Source: a virus
Taxonomy: Duplodnaviria; Caudoviricetes
Strand: one strand, 5' to 3'
Length of the DNA: 64,000 nucleotides
Virus record (IMG/VR): IMGVR_UViG_3300014205_000226
Span: 2,440-66,439 of that record
Under the pieces are notes generated by a model. The model saw nothing but the letters and a program-made list of their open reading frames with translations. It had not been told where the DNA came from and ran no database searches. Within the stretch, counting starts at the first letter, position 1; each line of letters begins with the position of its first letter. The position numbers were made by a program, and so were the translations under genes. Shown piece by piece: positions 60,883 through 64,000 of this stretch.

Positions 60883-62340
60883 TCATTGGTGGTAAGTCCC
60901 CTGTCTCATCGTATGGCGAATTGTGAGCTTCGAATCAGCCCCAGCGGCTGCATCTATTTGGTCATCATGCTTACCATTCGGGAAATCGGCGGCTTCCGCC
61001 CGAAAATCATCGCGCCACTCCCCTGGACATAGCACGACGTTGCCCGCTTCCGCTTTAGATGCAAGCGGTTCCGCACGGTGTATCTTCTTGCCGGTTGGAT
61101 GCTCTGTGTTCACAACAAGCCCGACATTCTGCAGTCTCCGCACCAGCGCAGCCGTCCGTTCTTCGCCTGCGATACCTGCCTCTGTTTCAATCCACCATGT
61201 TAACCGCCCCCTGTACCTCTGCAGATCGTCAATAGCTACTCTCAATAGCTCGACATCGCGTTCGTGAATGCTTTTCCGGAATCGTGTGACATCGACAATG
61301 GCCGTGCGCTGGTCCGCCATACGGCACGCCAACGCACCAGCGGAATAGTCCGGATCATGCCCCTTGCCTTTCGGTTCAGTGCCTGCCAAATCCCAGTAAC
61401 GAACAAGCGAACCCGTCGACGGTATTTCGTCTATCAATTGCCACCATGACCACTTGAACATACCGCCTTCGCGCGGACGCGGGCGCCCTTGCAGCAACGA
61501 TGCAAAGCCATATGCACCTAGCTCTTGGCGCTTTTCTTCAAGCCATTCCGTGCCACGAAGTTCAGGCCAGAGCGGTTCCCCTATCACGCGACCCAGCGCG
61601 TCGTTTTCTTCCGCTTCTGCTGGCAAATCAACAAAGGTCCACCGATCACGCTGCTGGTCCAGCAAACGGCCCGCGGGGTCGTCTTGGTGCCAGCGACTCA
61701 TTGTCATAACCACAACTGTGTGTGGCTCGCATCGGGCCAAGATATCGTTTGTCAACCAATCCCATACCTGGTCGCGCTTAGCCAGAGATTCCGCATCGTC
61801 GCGTGAGCCAATTGGGTCGTCGATAATAATGACATCCGCATTCACGCCAGCCACGCCAGCGCCAGCGCCGACTGCCTGCACGCCACCGCCCGATTGCGTT
61901 TCCCACTCGCCTGCAGCGTTACGGTCTGCGCTCAGCGCAATACCGCGCGAACCTGCGAGCCGCCGAATGTCACGACTGAACTTTTGCGCGCGACGTTCGT
62001 TGTATGAGCAAATCAGAATGCGCGTCTTGTTGTTCATCTCCAAGCGATAGACCGAATACGCAATCGTATTGTGCTCTGTCTTACCGTGGCGGATCGGGAC
62101 TTGAAAGTATACCCGGCGCAGTCCGTTGAACGTCACGTCGTCCAGGTAGCGCTGCATCTCCACAAAGTGCGGCGCCGTCCACTGATACTCGGGGCGTGCA
62201 TCCGTCATCCACTCGCCGAACTGCTTGACGATGGGGCCGGTGCCGGGCACAAAAACACCGCGCTCGCGCAACCGCTTTCGCTTCGCGATAACCGCCAAGG
62301 CGCGTTGGTCGCGGTCGGCGCTATTTCGGGAGAGTATCAA
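60883..62340 (-). CDS. terL: terminase large subunit
   Basis: VPIRHGKTE, IIIDDP, MSRWHQDDPAG, YWDLA, FPNGKHDDQIDA. Confidence 0.93.
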   Translation of the reverse strand: MILSRNSADRDQRALAVIAKRKRLRERGVFVPGTGPIVKQFGEWMTDARPEYQWTAPHFVEMQRYLDDVTFNGLRRVYFQVPIRHGKTEHNTIAYSVYRLEMNNKTRILICSYNERRAQKFSRDIRRLAGSRGIALSADRNAAGEWETQSGGGVQAVGAGAGVAGVNADVIIIDDPIGSRDDAESLAKRDQVWDWLTNDILARCEPHTVVVMTMSRWHQDDPAGRLLDQQRDRWTFVDLPAEAEENDALGRVIGEPLWPELRGTEWLEEKRQELGAYGFASLLQGRPRPREGGMFKWSWWQLIDEIPSTGSLVRYWDLAGTEPKGKGHDPDYSAGALACRMADQRTAIVDVTRFRKSIHERDVELLRVAIDDLQRYRGRLTWWIETEAGIAGEERTAALVRRLQNVGLVVNTEHPTGKKIHRAEPLASKAEAGNVVLCPGEWRDDFRAEAADFPNGKHDDQIDAAAGADSKLTIRHTMRQGTYHQ

Positions 62341-62980
62341 TGCTCCCGCCTTTGGCCAGATGATCCAACTGTTCGTCCGTCAGTTTGTCGTAATCGAGAT
62401 TGATATTGAGCGTCGGCTTGTCGATGCCGACGTGTTTCGCAAGGATCGGGAATACCGCCAGTGGATTGTGCATGACGATTTCGGGGCCGTGCGGCGTGTG
62501 CTTGACACCGGCATACAAAGCGGCGCCTTGTGGCGACAGGTTCCGAGTATCTTTAAAGTGCGCGACCGCGACGCCATTGCCTCGACAGATTTTGCACGCG
62601 GGGTTCGGCGTGCCGTGTGGATCTGCGTTGTCTGACGGCGGAAAGCAATCGGGGCAAGGTACGCGCCGATGTTCCGCCAGTTCGTTGGCATTCGCCATGA
62701 ACAAATCCATCAGGCGCTTGAGTACAATGTCTTGAGTGATTTCCATACGTTTATTACGCGCCTCAATCCCTTCACGAATCGCGGCCTGAATGTGCGGCTT
62801 CGCCAGCAGCTTGCACGCGGATGCGCTCGCCGTTTTCGCGCTGTATCCGGCTGCAATGTACGCGGAAATAGCGTCCAGTTTGTCGTCTGCCAAATAGTGC
62901 TGCACAAACAACTCGTGCCGTGCGCTGTACACATTCGGGCGCGGTCCCATCTTCTTGCGCCGCTCCCCGTAGCGCGCCAT
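62321..62980 (-). CDS. terS: terminase small subunit with zinc-ribbon insertion
   Basis: HELFVQHY..AYIAAGYSAKTA..LLAKP.I..AI; CPDC..CKICRGNG insertion. Confidence 0.85.
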   Translation of the reverse strand: MARYGERRKKMGPRPNVYSARHELFVQHYLADDKLDAISAYIAAGYSAKTASASACKLLAKPHIQAAIREGIEARNKRMEITQDIVLKRLMDLFMANANELAEHRRVPCPDCFPPSDNADPHGTPNPACKICRGNGVAVAHFKDTRNLSPQGAALYAGVKHTPHGPEIVMHNPLAVFPILAKHVGIDKPTLNINLDYDKLTDEQLDHLAKGGSIDTLPK

Positions 62981-63201
62981 CACCTCGCCACCACTTCCAC
63001 CAACGCTTTGCAGCGCGGGCAGGCGCACACGGGGCCGTTGCCGGTGCGGGGGGCGTGGGTAACGACGCGCGCGATGGCCGGTGTGGCGGCCGGCACTTCC
63101 AACAGCTTGCGCGCGCACGCAGGACACCGCACGTCGGCGTAGGCCAGCGTGACGGTGACGGTGAGGCTGACGGTGGCGAGCGCGCGGAAGATGGTGCTCA
63201 A
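62980..63201 (-). CDS. Com-like zinc-finger protein
   Basis: VRCPACARKLL..CPRCKAL. Confidence 0.6.
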   Translation of the reverse strand: MSTIFRALATVSLTVTVTLAYADVRCPACARKLLEVPAATPAIARVVTHAPRTGNGPVCACPRCKALVEVVAR

Positions 63202-64000
63202 GACAACGCCTTCCGCAAAGCGCGCGCGTTGCGTTGTGCTGATTCAAGACAATTCGTCTGCATCTGGAGCAAGCGGGGTTGCAGGGATTCGGCGTTGGGG
63301 CAGTGTCCTACCAATGGCGTCCCAAAAATGGTTTGGTCGAAGACAGGGTGCTTGAACGCCGGTTCCTGATAACTCAACCGCCACGCCCCATACGGCATCT
63401 CGCCGCCATGCTTTACCACGTCGGCTTGCAGCGCCAATGCGCGTTCCGGCGTATCACACGCCATCGCATAGCACCAGTAGTCATGGTGCGAACCAGCGGG
63501 CACAAACTGCGGCTTTACCCATTCACACCCTTGGATTGCTTCACGGTACATTGCCGCACACTCTAACCGGATTTGTTTCAATACGTCGATGTTCGCTAAT
63601 TGTTTCAATCCGAGCGCGGCGGTGCAGTCGTTCATTCGATAGTTGAACCCAACTTGGTAGTGCCTCGTGAAGTCGGGCGCTTTCAATGTCGCGCTATCAA
63701 TGCGCGCCTGTGTGGCGGACATGCGATAGCCCAATGATGAGAACTCGCGCGCTTTGGTCGCTAGTTCTTCTGAATTGGTGAGCAATGCGCCGCCCTCGCC
63801 GGTTGATAGCAGCTTACTGGCCTGAAAACTCAGGCTCGTAAACGCGGCGCTTTTGTTGAAGCGAAACGTCTGCGCGGCGTCGTCGATCACGGCGCTTCCG
63901 CCGATGTCAGTATGCAATCCGTACAACGATACCGGCAACCACGCATCATAGGCGTTCGTGTCGTCGCCCATTGTCCACGTGTCTGGGTCAATATCCACGA
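63198..64000 (-). CDS. DegT/DnrJ/EryC1/StrS sugar aminotransferase (PseC-like), 5' end outside the window
   Basis: VDIDPDTW, PVSLYG, VIDDAAQ, SFQASKLLSTGEGG (PLP lysine), GFNYRMND..AALG. Confidence 0.9.
   Translation of the reverse strand, partial: VDIDPDTWTMGDDTNAYDAWLPVSLYGLHTDIGGSAVIDDAAQTFRFNKSAAFTSLSFQASKLLSTGEGGALLTNSEELATKAREFSSLGYRMSATQARIDSATLKAPDFTRHYQVGFNYRMNDCTAALGLKQLANIDVLKQIRLECAAMYREAIQGCEWVKPQFVPAGSHHDYWCYAMACDTPERALALQADVVKHGGEMPYGAWRLSYQEPAFKHPVFDQTIFGTPLVGHCPNAESLQPRLLQMQTNCLESAQRNARALRKALS

Noticed and set aside
1-64000. CRISPR array, diversity-generating retroelement or IS element
   Set aside because: No repeat-spacer array, reverse transcriptase, TR/VR pair or transposase was seen by eye.

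Overview
The window looks like a nearly complete, circularly permuted genome of a high-GC temperate siphovirus, transcribed almost entirely on the minus strand. Right to left it carries terS/terL/portal, head, neck, tail (1412-aa tape measure) and tail-tip genes, a lysis cassette, a tRNA array, a cI/cro-type switch, recombination genes (Gp157, Sak4, SSB), about 8 kb of small accessory genes, a tyrosine integrase facing an attP that contains a whole tRNA-Met, and a replication module (MTase, RNA ligase, SF2 helicase, Prim-Pol primase, RusA). The main result is an apparent phage-encoded nonulosonic-acid (pseudaminic-acid-like) glycosylation system. PseB-like dehydratase and PseI/NeuB-like synthase genes lie at the left end, a PseC/DegT-like aminotransferase lies at the right end just upstream of terS, and a Maf (DUF115) flagellin-glycosyltransferase homologue sits directly upstream of the scaffold and capsid genes. 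This suggests virion or host-surface glycosylation. Also notable: three tRNA-shaped RNAs with damaged anticodon arms, two tRNA-Leu genes with short variable loops, an integrase with a non-canonical active site, 20 genes ending in Ala-Ala, repeated gene-junction sequences, and several exported glycan-active proteins. All family calls come from motif recognition by eye; no database search was run. Several start codons were refined from the ORF track using ATGA/GTGA overlaps.
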